Shown here: in pieces, positions 23,901-33,789 of the stretch
Layout: each line of letters starts with the position of its first letter
Numbering within the stretch: position 1 is the stretch's first letter
DNA from: Nemertoderma westbladi
Lineage: Eukaryota > Animalia > Xenacoelomorpha
DNA: 40,217 nucleotides
Direction: 5' to 3'
Assembly (NCBI GenBank): GCA_032718475.1
Contig: JAUCBJ010002929.1
Span: forward strand, 1 to 40,217
Program-made: the position numbers and the translations under genes
The notes under the pieces: model-generated
What the model saw: only the letters and a program-made list of their open reading frames with translations
What the model was told of the DNA's origin: nothing
Databases searched by the model: none

Positions 23901-26900
23901 TTATGCGCTTCCGTCAGCGTCAAGTAGCTTTTACTTGTGACGTTGAAGCGATGTTTCACCAAGTGAGAGCGTTAGAGCGAGACAAAGACAGTTTGCGGTT
24001 CCTCTGGTACCCGGAAGGAGACTTAAGTTTACCACCGGCGACTTACCAAATGCAAGTTCGCGTTTTCGGTGCCAGAGACAGCCCAAATTGCACGATGTAC
24101 GCCCTAAAGCAGGCCGCTAGAGATCAGAAACACCTATATGACCCAGAGATAATTAAAATCGTAGAACGTGACTTTTACGTCGATGACGGTTTACAGAGTT
24201 GCGACACAGTAGAACGTGCTATAACAGTAGCACATCAATTACGGGACTGCTTAGCGGGCGGAGGTTTTAACCTCACCAAATTCGCCTCAAACAGTGCCGA
24301 ATTAGTAGACTCATTCGGGACGACTGAGCGTGGAGGTGGTGACATAGACCTAGAGTTCGAACCACTACCGACGACCAAGGTGTTAGGGCTCTTTTGGGAC
24401 CCAAACACGGACAACTTCCGAGTGAAGGTGAGACTGGACAGTCAAGAGAACACACTGACAAAGAGATCATGCTTGTCAAAATTGAGCCGATTGTTCGATC
24501 CGTTAGGATTCATCAGTCCAGTGATACTGCAAGCCCGCATTTATATGCGCAGTATATGGAAGGATGGACTAACATGGGACGAGCCGATCTCATCAGACCA
24601 AGTGGACTTATGGAAGACCTGGGAGGCGGAATTATCTTCGCTAGAGGATTATTCCATACCCAGGGTTTACTTTCCATTACAAAGTACATTTCCTGACAAC
24701 TTGGAACTACACTGTTTTTCTGACGCCAGTGACAACGGTTTTGGTGTGGCAGCGTACTTGCGCAGACAAGTAGACTCAGACGAGTTCGATGTTTCGCTCA
24801 TTACTTCTAAGGCTAAGACCATGCCTACTAAGTATATGACGACACCGCGAGCTGAGCTACAAGCCGCAACACTGTCGACCACCATCGTGAACCTCATACA
24901 GACAGAACTACAGTCGAGTTTACAGATATTTTATTGGACTGACGCGACGTTGGTTTTATTTTACATAAACAACGACACACTTGAATTCAAGACATTCGTA
25001 GCTAACCGTCGCGCGGAAATTCTAGACCGTTCAATAAAAGAGGATTGGCGACATTGTCCCGGACCACAAAACCCAGCTGATATTGCGTCGCGAGGAATGA
25101 TGCCTGAGGAATTCTGTAAACCGGAGAACAAAGAATTTTGGCAACACGGACCCCAATTCTTGCAGAAATCGACACAAGATTGGCCTCCGTTATACGACAA
25201 CAAATCTAACACTATCCCTAAGGACGCCGAAATCAAGAAACCAAAAAAGGGGAAGACAAAGAAAAGGACGACGGCGGCAAAACTCAAGAAAAAACCGAAG
25301 GCGAAATGGAAAGATATAACTTCAAAGGTCAAGAGAGGAAGACTTGCGAGCCTTTCTACACCAGACATATCGCCAGACGGTCAACCAGACACGTTATTAG
25401 ACGGTCAACCAGACGTTTTGCCAGAAATGTCACAAAATGTTCTACCAGACACTAGTGACATACTGACAAATAGTAAAGCCGCAGTTTCCCTATTGGAGCG
25501 GCCTTCTATTGACAAACAACCAGATACGTTACCAGACATATCGCCAGACACATTACTAGACAGTCGACTAGACATTTTGTCAGAAACATCACAAAATGTT
25601 CTACCGGACATTAGTAATGTATCGACTAACAATAAAGCCGCAGTTTCCCTATTGGAGCGGCCTTGTATTGACAAACTACCAATTTTGACACACTTGAGCA
25701 ACCATAAGCAAGGTGAAACCTCATGTATTACAGATGTGGGTAGTACCTACGCTAATGTAAATACAGGTGTTACTTTGCGCTCAAGAGACATACCGAACTT
25801 GCAACCTATGGTGAAACCTGGGATTAATGTCGGCAGAAAAATAAGTTTACCGAAACCTGCTGACCCCATAGAGTTCAAACCACCATTAACGATCGACTTA
25901 CAAAGTACTGACAATCAAGGTAAGAAGACAAAGAAGGACAAATTACTTGTAGACTCGGACGGATCAACAGTCAACAAGGGAATACTTACCGGCGGACCCG
26001 TGGGCCCTTCTAGTAATTCAAAACCTTCCAAAATTTCCATTGACTTACCTGATGACGTCACAAATACTTACGTCGACCGTATTGTAAACCTAACAGATTC
26101 TTGGTCAAACGCTTGCCGAAAGTTAGCGTGGATTGTACGTTTTGTACAATACGTTAAAGGCAAACGTGACTTTACACGTCGACTTACATTGGCTGAGATT
26201 GACAGGTGTGAGATTAAATTAATTCGCCATTACCAACTGCGATATTTCGCGCGCGAATTCACATCCATAAATCAAGGTCAACCAATCAAGTCGTCACCAA
26301 TACTGAGTTGGAGTCCGATTATTTATAATGGCTTAATTTGTCATAAATCTCGGCTTCAAAACATTGACTTTAACACAAACTTTAGGTACCCAATAATAAT
26401 ACCGCAACATCACGAACTACAACGTGCAATGATACTTGACGCACATTTACATCTGAAACACGCTGGAAGACATCACTGTCTTTCCTACTTACGTACAAGA
26501 TTTGTATTAATTAGACCCAGTAAAGCGTTAAGTTCAGTGACACGTACGTGTATTATTTGTAAAAAGGTACATTCTAGAATAGGTACCCAGGAAATGAGTG
26601 AACTTCCACAAGCACGACTTCAAGCATTCAGACCACCTTTTACAGAGACTGGAATTGATTGCTTTGGTCCCATACATACTAAACGTGGACGTATACTAGT
26701 AAAACGCTGGGGACTGATTTTCACATGTATGTCCAGTAGGGCAGTTCACATTGAACGTGTGATGGATCTTTCTACCAACGCGTTTATACTAGCACTGCGG
26801 CGATTTATCGCTAGACGCGGACTAGTAAAATGCTTGTACTCAGACCAAGGGACAAACTTTGTTGGTGCTCGGAATGAGATTGCTAGAGCCTTTAAGAAAT

Positions 26901-27580
26901 TAGATCATGATCAAATCTCGATCGAACTACAACCTCACAAGATTGTTTGGAAGTTTAATCCTCCAGATAGTCCTTGGAGAGGCGGAGTCTGGGAGAGACT
27001 GATTAGATCTATAAAGACAGCCATGGCAAAGGTCATTCCAGTAAACCACATACTGACAGACGACCAACTGACAACATTGTTTGTTGAAATCGAGGCAATA
27101 CTAAATACTAGACCAATAGTATTAGTACCCGATGACAAACAATCTCAGTTCGCTTTGACACCGGCACACCTGCTTATGCAGGCACCGACTACTTTGACGC
27201 CGATTTCTATTCCAATAGAAAGCGACAGTTACGGTAGAAAAGCGTGGAAAATCACGCAACTACTGGCTAACAAATTCTGGGAAATATGGCAAAACCATTA
27301 TTTGCCCTCTATTTCTGCCAGAACAAACTGGTACAATAACACCCGCGCATTAAAGCCGGGAGATCACGTGCTGTTAGCGGAAGTGAATCTAAAAAGACGC
27401 TTCTGGATAACAGGTGTCATATTAGCCACACATCCATCTATGGATGGAGTGACAAGAACTGTGACGGTACGGACAATTGACGGTCGTACAGTAGACAGAC
27501 CGACTCAACGTCTCGTACTTCTTGAAGAGACTCGTAATGAGTCTGGAGACTACAAATCTCCAACTAGTATTAGTAAATAA
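20927..27580 (+). CDS. pol: Bel/Pao Gag capsid/nucleocapsid, aspartic protease, RT, RNase H and integrase
   Basis: Open from 20927. Motifs: PPKFSGSSKHWHTF (capsid); CQYC..H..C, CWRC..GH..C and CLSCGRNH..LLH knuckles; ILDSASSHSYV protease (~22610); YYLPHH, DVEAMFHQV and FYVDDG RT (~24176); LHCFSDAS RNase H (~24716); H..H..C..C, GIDCFGP, YSDQGTNF and GGVWERLI integrase. Confidence 0.97.
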   Translation, partial: PPYPDDSSTSSESDYPKREVFRTGAADEYKRERSDNSFADNPPQNTPTQKALQPTDAISTQQFADILRPVVNKLAQIEERLEEGYTDSSRNSEFEHNRHPKEPQRPVPSNPTSYQGKAPRRDINKVTNQGRETLNVAEEIAKFAARQGLPVQQPPKFSGSSKHWHTFVDYIESQIAVCAFTSREKFNYLLQTLSGEPKRLAETFVGVPDAFELAYDRLTSIYGGTVSMARSVIEELCKGGAITKPVDLLKLADEIKNAITTLRSIGQLDYGNTPTVLLKIIGRLHHRLRREWRKVEYQREERGGFLKLEDVYLLISREAVVETRSNYTDQHIVAEGITLPSSNRQKPQTTSTKTATYATPTESRQFSDGGRVSAPIGTKQTRQQLSTDFSGCQYCEHLGKRYIGHKLRGCRQFRELNSEERRLQIRPLDSCWRCTRHGHVRKDCPNTDTCLSCGRNHDGLLHTDSHTPTKRFAREHPEAAARCDAAYKRRESKTTPTFVTHIEDCFSEQSGSSDEELEDDDEYSNGDEQPSIALLTTDQLKGFSVIPIKVTGTKGSKRIYAILDSASSHSYVDEKIADVVTDLKQGKCVSYTVSSMHGQRAIPVTRVKLDLDSLLPKSQHSERERSLLPFKDLTFAATKDFSNLLGPVPEQSLEDRKYFRHLGVPECPVNYRSVAMLIGTDQFNLHQVWETRPSAVVAGNAYACRTPIGWYTRAPVRTLDVSDEEDDVQSTCSLLTTNSIHSFSHDVNHTTLQSTKHDRRVTSMISHKEQLTHQVSLELGEKTSQLEIPSTTDDRLASLPTPITSTVPVDIDDDALRNHQMEQAALDKELTEKTIRWLEQDTAEPGSYEPCMSEQEKQYLKIMEDTIHQTKDGHYEVGMLWRSQSPKLINNYPLALRRLHSIRQRLLKDEKAHLQYNTQMETYLTKGYAIRMTNPEIVTDQTYYLPHHYVRHPDKPDKVRVVNDCAALFEGMSLNSELMDGPNMNNYLMGVIMRFRQRQVAFTCDVEAMFHQVRALERDKDSLRFLWYPEGDLSLPPATYQMQVRVFGARDSPNCTMYALKQAARDQKHLYDPEIIKIVERDFYVDDGLQSCDTVERAITVAHQLRDCLAGGGFNLTKFASNSAELVDSFGTTERGGGDIDLEFEPLPTTKVLGLFWDPNTDNFRVKVRLDSQENTLTKRSCLSKLSRLFDPLGFISPVILQARIYMRSIWKDGLTWDEPISSDQVDLWKTWEAELSSLEDYSIPRVYFPLQSTFPDNLELHCFSDASDNGFGVAAYLRRQVDSDEFDVSLITSKAKTMPTKYMTTPRAELQAATLSTTIVNLIQTELQSSLQIFYWTDATLVLFYINNDTLEFKTFVANRRAEILDRSIKEDWRHCPGPQNPADIASRGMMPEEFCKPENKEFWQHGPQFLQKSTQDWPPLYDNKSNTIPKDAEIKKPKKGKTKKRTTAAKLKKKPKAKWKDITSKVKRGRLASLSTPDISPDGQPDTLLDGQPDVLPEMSQNVLPDTSDILTNSKAAVSLLERPSIDKQPDTLPDISPDTLLDSRLDILSETSQNVLPDISNVSTNNKAAVSLLERPCIDKLPILTHLSNHKQGETSCITDVGSTYANVNTGVTLRSRDIPNLQPMVKPGINVGRKISLPKPADPIEFKPPLTIDLQSTDNQGKKTKKDKLLVDSDGSTVNKGILTGGPVGPSSNSKPSKISIDLPDDVTNTYVDRIVNLTDSWSNACRKLAWIVRFVQYVKGKRDFTRRLTLAEIDRCEIKLIRHYQLRYFAREFTSINQGQPIKSSPILSWSPIIYNGLICHKSRLQNIDFNTNFRYPIIIPQHHELQRAMILDAHLHLKHAGRHHCLSYLRTRFVLIRPSKALSSVTRTCIICKKVHSRIGTQEMSELPQARLQAFRPPFTETGIDCFGPIHTKRGRILVKRWGLIFTCMSSRAVHIERVMDLSTNAFILALRRFIARRGLVKCLYSDQGTNFVGARNEIARAFKKLDHDQISIELQPHKIVWKFNPPDSPWRGGVWERLIRSIKTAMAKVIPVNHILTDDQLTTLFVEIEAILNTRPIVLVPDDKQSQFALTPAHLLMQAPTTLTPISIPIESDSYGRKAWKITQLLANKFWEIWQNHYLPSISARTNWYNNTRALKPGDHVLLAEVNLKRRFWITGVILATHPSMDGVTRTVTVRTIDGRTVDRPTQRLVLLEETRNESGDYKSPTSISK
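25361..25680 (+). repeat. In-frame ~159-bp (53-aa) duplication in the RNase H-integrase linker
   Basis: PDISPD..LD..PD.L.E.SQNVLPD.S...TN.KAAVSLLERP.IDK occurs twice. Confidence 0.9.
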
Positions 27581-28238
27581 TTAGGAGTTTACAAATAGAT
27601 TTCCACGTACCTGTACACCGTAGTAAGGACAGCGGTAGAATTCCATTGTCTTTATATGTGAACATTGAGGGTGGTACCCTTATGTGTCACATAGGAGCGG
27701 GATTTGTAGGTATAAGAAATGGAATTCTACTTGGAACTCACAATATTGAGACATTTTCGATATTTTAGACAATCCATTTGGATTTGAAAATTTTTAAAAT
27801 TTTCTCCAGTGAATAGATTTCAGGGTACAGTCGGGTGGAACTTAAAATTAGAGAAACAAGAGAGGAAGACTTGCGAGCCTTTCTTAAAATTTTAATTAAA
27901 TTTTACACGGTCTTGTTTCAATAAGTTACGTCAAAATAGACTCCCCTATATTTATTACTAATTCTTGACTGCTTATTTTCTGATAATAGTTTGGGATCAA
28001 AAAGTGAGTATTTTAGACTCACAGCCAGTTTAGCCCAAATTCGTTTTTATTTCGGCAAAAAATTTTAGATAAGAAGCAGCGTGTCATTAAAGAAACCCTA
28101 GATCTTAGGCTATGGGTAGGAGGTTAGAGCGTTGTCGAGCCCAAAGGGCAGACGAAACTCTCACGTCTCCTCACAACTAACTACAAACTCTGTTGTATTC
28201 CCTCTAGTAGTAATGATTATGTAACTACACCCCTAATT

Positions 28239-30243
28239 ATGGAGAAAGGGATACAAGGAGAGCCGAGATGGGGATATGATATCCAAGAGGAGGCAGCAGC
28301 GCCATTCGAAAGATTTGGAGCCAAGGACTACACTACATTTGGTATAAAGGAATTATCGGAAAGTACAGCGAAACTCGCGAGAACTAAATATGACTCGAGC
28401 GTATTAAAGAGAAGACAAAACGCATTAAACGAAAGAATCGAAAGTTTGCGCCAAACCCAATGAACTGTACCCGTACGACGCTTTGTGTGATACGGGAGAC
28501 ATTAGCGAAGACCCCGATACTGAAATTAGTCGTTTGTATCATACCATGCAATACCTGAAGGCGCACGAACCTATGCCCGCGGTAAGAGATGAATTTGATG
28601 GAATGCATCTTTACAGACGAACTCGAGGGGACGATAGAGAAACCAAGGAAGCATTTTCAGTTTATAAACTTTATTATCGATGCGGTTCTTGTATGCGCGA
28701 ACAACGAAATGCGATTCCGATGCGTTTGAATAAGGAAAATCCCGAACCGATATAGGCGAGGTGTTCGAACCATCAACAACTATGTTACCCTATGAAGGAG
28801 AACGTATCGTGGAGATTACGGAAGAATCACGGCAGACGCGCGCGCCTATCGGTCACCTTGGTGATGATTCGAAGTAACTACTACGATCGCTGACGATCCT
28901 TTAGAGGAACTTCTTGAGATAGAAAGGAACCTCCCGAAGAAATCTCAGACGGAGATTCGACAACTTGAAGCAACAGATGCTATAGTTTGCATACAACCTT
29001 CAGAAACCTACCAACCCATAGATCCAGATGATTACGATTATAGTGTGGGAGGAAGCGCTCGACCGATTGGAGATCTTATATACGAACGAGTGTGGTACCC
29101 TGCCAACACGATGTGTGGTAAATGTGGCGTCGCTGGACATCATATGACAAAGTGCAGTGGAAAGCACATTACTACGACTCAGCTAATCTGTGGATGGTGT
29201 GGGGATCAAGGGTCTCATACCTTTTATACTTGCTGGAGATTTATGGCTCAATGTACTTACTGCAATATAAAAGGACATCGAGCATCTGAATGCCAACTAA
29301 GAGACATACCTTATGAACACGAATCTGTAAAACTCGTGAGGAAGTTATTTGATGAGTGGGAAGATTTAGCCGACGAACATGTATCGGCACAAAGAAGACG
29401 GTTTCCGATGAGAGCGCATCTCGGATTTTGGGCGGTAAATCCTCAAACGATGATGTCGGAAGGATATATCTCCGCTATGCCCCAATATGACGCACTTATC
29501 GAGGTAGTCGATATTTTGCCCCACGACAGCGGATTTCGAGTAGTGCGCGAGTATCTACTACAGATTCACCCAGATAACAAAAACACGTGGAATTTTCAGA
29601 AAGTCGTTAATCAGATTACGTATGGTGAATTCGATCGTTTCCGAACTGAAAAGCGGAACAAAGGAGCTTGGTTAACCGTCGCATGGGCGTACCGAGCCGC
29701 GTTTACCACAAACGTATACGAGCGAGCGTATTCGAGGAAGAGGAGGTCCTAGAGGCGACGAATATACCAGCCACTCCGGTTGCGCCGTCTGCACGTCACC
29801 CTCGGGAGGACGGACAGGGTAGGATCATACGGGTCCAGAAAGTGGGCCAACAATTAAAGAAAATTATTAATGTAGAAGAACGCAAGGGAGTTGAGCCGAC
29901 CATTCGAGTTACTCGGGATACGGTATCGCTTCCAAGAGAACCAGTAGGAGGATCGGGACATACACCAGCTGATCAACAGGGGGCGCAAGCTACTCTTGGG
30001 TCTGCGTCGTCCGCCTTTCGCGCGTTCCCAGACGTTCTACCAACTGTAGTGACGACTGATCGGTCACGAGGAATCGGTCGAGGTTTTGGGATGCCAAATA
30101 GACGAATTTGCGAGGAAATAGTCGCACCGTCTCTCAACGTCCCAAGTAAACCAGTGACTCGCCCCACGAGTCCCATATCGCGAGCTAAGTCACCTGTGCG
30201 CAGTTTTCGAGGACGCGGCAGGGCTCGATCCACTAAGCGATAA
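28239..30243 (+). pseudogene. Extra ORF3 with three CCHC zinc knuckles, broken by ~4 frameshifts
   Basis: Overlapping frames 28239-~28450, ~28430-28755, ~28743-28877, 28868-29752 and ~29730-30243 chain into ~660 aa. Knuckles: CGKCGVAGHHMTKC, CGWCGDQGSHTFYTC, CTYCNIKGHRASEC. Basic RG-rich C-terminus. Confidence 0.7.
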
Positions 30244-30289
30244 AAGGGAGGGCAAGGGTGGACGGAAGACTCGTGAGCCTTTCTTATGA

Positions 30290-30960
30290 TTTGTGATTTA
30301 TTTGAATTTATATTTATATTTGTGTTTATTCCGAACTTAAGCAATTTGTATTGTTCCGAATTTGTATTTAGAAAGTTTATATTTAGAAGGAACTTATATT
30401 TGAAAGATTTATGTTTCATATTTGAGATGCAAAGGAGTTTATATTATTCTAAACTTATGCAGTTTATATCTATATTTAGTAAGAATTTATATTTGTAAGA
30501 ATTTATATTTTATATTTGTAATTATTCCGAACTTATGCAATTTATATTATTCCGAACTTATGCAATTTATATTGTTCCGAATATTATGCAATTTATATTT
30601 TATAAGCAGTATTTGTATTTACAGTGAAAATAGAAAGTAAGAGTAGATGGAAGACTCGTGGGCCTTTCTTATAGTTTCATTTGTAAAGTGTTATATTTTG
30701 TATTTAGAAAGTTTTATAGTTAGAAAGTTTTGTGCTTAGAAAGACTCATATTTGTAATTATTCCAAACTTATGCAATCTACATTTAGATACGAAAGTATT
30801 TGTAATTACTTGAATTTATGCAATATTTGAGATGCAATAGTAGATGGAAGACTCGCGAGCCTTTCTTATTGTTTTCATTTATTTGTATTTGTAATTGTTT
30901 GAATTTATGCAATATTGAGATGCAATAGATTTATATTGGTGAATTTAATTTAGATTTATA
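30290..30960 (+). repeat. T-rich 3' UTR with degenerate ~24-bp repeats TTATTCCGAACTTATGCAATTTAT
   Basis: Copies near 30326, 30351, 30444, 30521, 30547, 30570 and 30757. Confidence 0.8.
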
Positions 30961-31152
30961 TTGTACTTACTTAGTAAAGCCTTAAATACGTAAAGTTTGA
31001 ATTTGTAATTATTTTTGTATCGAATCATTACGTAGAAAGGAAGTATTGTTTGAAATTTAATTGTAAATATGTAAGTACGCCCTAAGTATTCTATAGTTTG
31101 ATTGATTATTGGTGAAAACCGTATATTTTATGCACGATAATATCCTGTTTTC

Positions 31153-31161
31153 ATGGAGCGG
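31153..31161 (+). promoter_or_regulatory. Short polypurine-tract-like site ATGGAGCGG before the 3' LTR
   Basis: Lies immediately 5' of the 3' LTR; a weak purine run. Confidence 0.5.
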
Positions 31162-33094
31162 TATAGAATTATATTCCCTAAATGCTGTGGATTTTCAAAA
31201 TTTTATTTTATTCGAATTAACTTTGTAAAGATTGCTTTGAGTTCTCATTCGTATTGGTTCTATCATTTGTACATCTATCGGTCAAGTGGTTCAGTAGCTC
31301 AGTCGGTAGAGCGTTGGAAATTATATGTGTAGTAGGTATCGAGTTCGAATCCTAGTAAGTGCGAATTATTTTTTGTGCAGAATTTCAACTCATTTAAATT
31401 AACCGCTACAAATTAATTGCATTTGTCTGTACCAATGAGACTGTAGTTATTTGATTGTAACCAATGTCGTGCAAGTTATATATTAGCTGGACCAATAGCT
31501 ATCTTTAAAACCCTGTTAGAACCCATAGAACAATCGAGAATTTTCTCGATTGATTGCGGCACAAATTTAGTATATAAAGGTGCGATTTGTTCATTAGTTA
31601 TCCAATCTCTACTTCTCAGATTATCTTATCAATATTCTGTCGTGCTTAGTTTAATTCAGATTACATTGTATTATAATTATATCTTCTGTAATAAAGTCAG
31701 AATATTCTCTCAGCTTTTCTATCTGTTTTATCATGGATTCACTACGGTGAACAAAGCTAAGGGACAGGATGGCCAGCTAAAGATCGGGCCGCAGCAATGA
31801 ACGGGAACATCGGGGGAATGTAGACGAGAGACAACCCGCAATACCATCTAGAGTTATTCGCCCATCGCCTGAAAGGTTAGACAGCGTTCGATCCTTGCTA
31901 CCTAAGTATAAGACCAAAAGATCAAAAGGTAGACGTAGTGACACGCTGTAAGCCTAAAATTACATCTTAGGGACTGTACTGTCTTGATTCAGGAAAAACC
32001 GCAGTGGACCTTCATATTCCTACGGGGGAGGGAGAGAGAGCAGAGATACTAGTACGCAGATAGGACGTAGGCACACCGGTACAAGGCATACAAATGGTTA
32101 GGGTGCAGCAAACTGTACGCTTAACTCTTGCGTCTGTGACTATTTGCCGTACAACGGTGTCCATTACATCAGAACTTGTAGGCTAGGAGGGTTATTGTGT
32201 TTTCACCTGAATTAGGATTGTACCGTTCAGGCGGTAGGGCAGTTTACGTACTAGGCGCAAATAAATTGAGGCTATTAGGGATACTAACATCTACCGTGTC
32301 CCCGCCAACGCCCTGATAGGAAGTTACCTGGACTACCTGGGTGACTAAAATTCTAGATAGGACGCCAGGATAGCTATTAGTAACTGTACGCCTACAGTAG
32401 TAAACTAACACATCTCTTCTTAGTATCAGGGACCTGGTACCTAAAATTGCCGAATTCTGGGCGTAGTATTAACCTTATGCCTGAATTTGAGTCCTGGAAA
32501 TACGCAAGAGGGGAAGGAACCTTATCATTCGTGAGTATTGGACCTACAAGTTATAAAATTAGAATATTCGTAAAATGCACACCGTACCCAGTAATTATAT
32601 ATGTGAAGGAGCAAAACTGCTTTTGACCGTTCAGAATTAACACACGCGCGTTAGAAATTATTTACACCTCAAAATATATAAAATTAACTTTCGTCCTTAC
32701 TGCACTTTGCTCGCTAGTTAGACATCTCCAAATCTCTGCCTGTACCTAGCTAGCGTCCCTTTGCCCAACCATATAAATCACACCGCGGCAAAGTATACGA
32801 GCCTCTTAGTCCGTCAGTGAGTCAGCCTGATTTTAGGATTCGCTGCGCGGGATTTTGTTTCATCGAAGTTTGTCTGCTCGTAGACTGTTTTCTGCCTCAC
32901 CGGTTATAAGAGATACTGCAATATATTCGCTTACTTAGAGTTTACTGTTTTGGTGAGAAGGTCGGATTTATGATTTGATTCACAAACTTTACAGTAGGAT
33001 ATTGCAGGTATTGTTACTGTCTCTTCGAATAGTAGGAATATGTGATTTAACATATTTCCTAGAATAGTAGGAATAGGCGTATCTCTTCCAATTA
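31162..33094 (+). repeat. 3' LTR (1933 bp)
   Basis: Near-identical to 15895-17839 and followed by TSD TTTCC. Confidence 0.97.
31288..31374 (+). ncRNA. tRNA-derived Pol III cassette in the 3' LTR
   Basis: Identical copy of 16021-16107. Confidence 0.75.
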
Positions 33095-33468
33095 TTTCCA
33101 TTTTCGGTATTTATAGGTTTTCAAAGGTGCTGATTCGATTACAAACGGTTTAGAATTCTCTAGTGGCACATAGGTGCCACTTTTAGCATGTGGCACATGT
33201 GTTTAGCATGGCACAAAATATCAAAATCTCCAAAGCTTCATAGAAATGTGCTATTTTCGTTATTTATAGGTTTTCAAAGCTGTTATTATTTGTTATTGTT
33301 ATTATTATTATTTGTTTTTATATATTATTTATTTATAATTATTATTAATTTTGAGATGTACCATAAGTGGCACAATTTCCTGCAACCTTAGTAAACTAAA
33401 GTAAATGTCCAGTATTAAGCTCTGCACGACGTCAACGTGTTGCAGGGAGACAGAGTTTTACTTTTTGA

Positions 33469-33730
33469 TTGACCTAATGCTGGAAGCGAAAAACCAGAAT
33501 GTTGGAGTCTTATTGGATCCCAAGCCAAGTGGCATACTATATGTGCCACTGGCTTTTTGTTTGACCTAATGCTGGAAGCCCAAAACCAGAATGTTGGAGT
33601 CTTATTGGATCCCAAACCAAGTGGCATACTATATGTGCCACTGGCTTTTTGTTTGACCTAATGCTGGAAGCCGAAAACCAGAATGTTGGAGTCTTATTGG
33701 ATCCCAAGCCAAGTGGCATACTACATTTGC
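33469..33730. repeat. 92-bp tandem repeat, ~2.8 copies, with an internal AGTGGCA...TGCCACT hairpin
   Basis: Units ttgacctaatgctggaagc... start at 33469, 33561 and 33653. Confidence 0.92.
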
Positions 33731-33789
33731 CAACAGCTTATTAAAAAATGCTATCTTTGTCGAATGGCTTGAGTAGACCCAAAGTGTCA

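Larger units (their letters stand above)
15895..33094 (+). mobile_element. Full-length Bel/Pao (Belpaoviridae) LTR retrotransposon, ~17.2 kb
   Basis: Paired LTRs, TSD TTTCC (15890-15894 and 33095-33099), domain order Gag-PR-RT-RH-IN, and Bel/Pao-type Gag triple-Cys array and RT/RNase H motifs. Confidence 0.97.

Noticed and set aside
18691-27138. Antisense and alternate-frame ORFs within gag-pol
   Set aside because: They are short shadows of the main ORF's codon and repeat structure, with no motifs.
28125-28161. Hammerhead ribozyme (stem followed by GAAA)
   Set aside because: The CTGANGA core is absent; it is only a plain stem-loop.
28239-30243. env gene
   Set aside because: No signal peptide, transmembrane segment or glycoprotein-like Cys pattern; it has CCHC knuckles instead.
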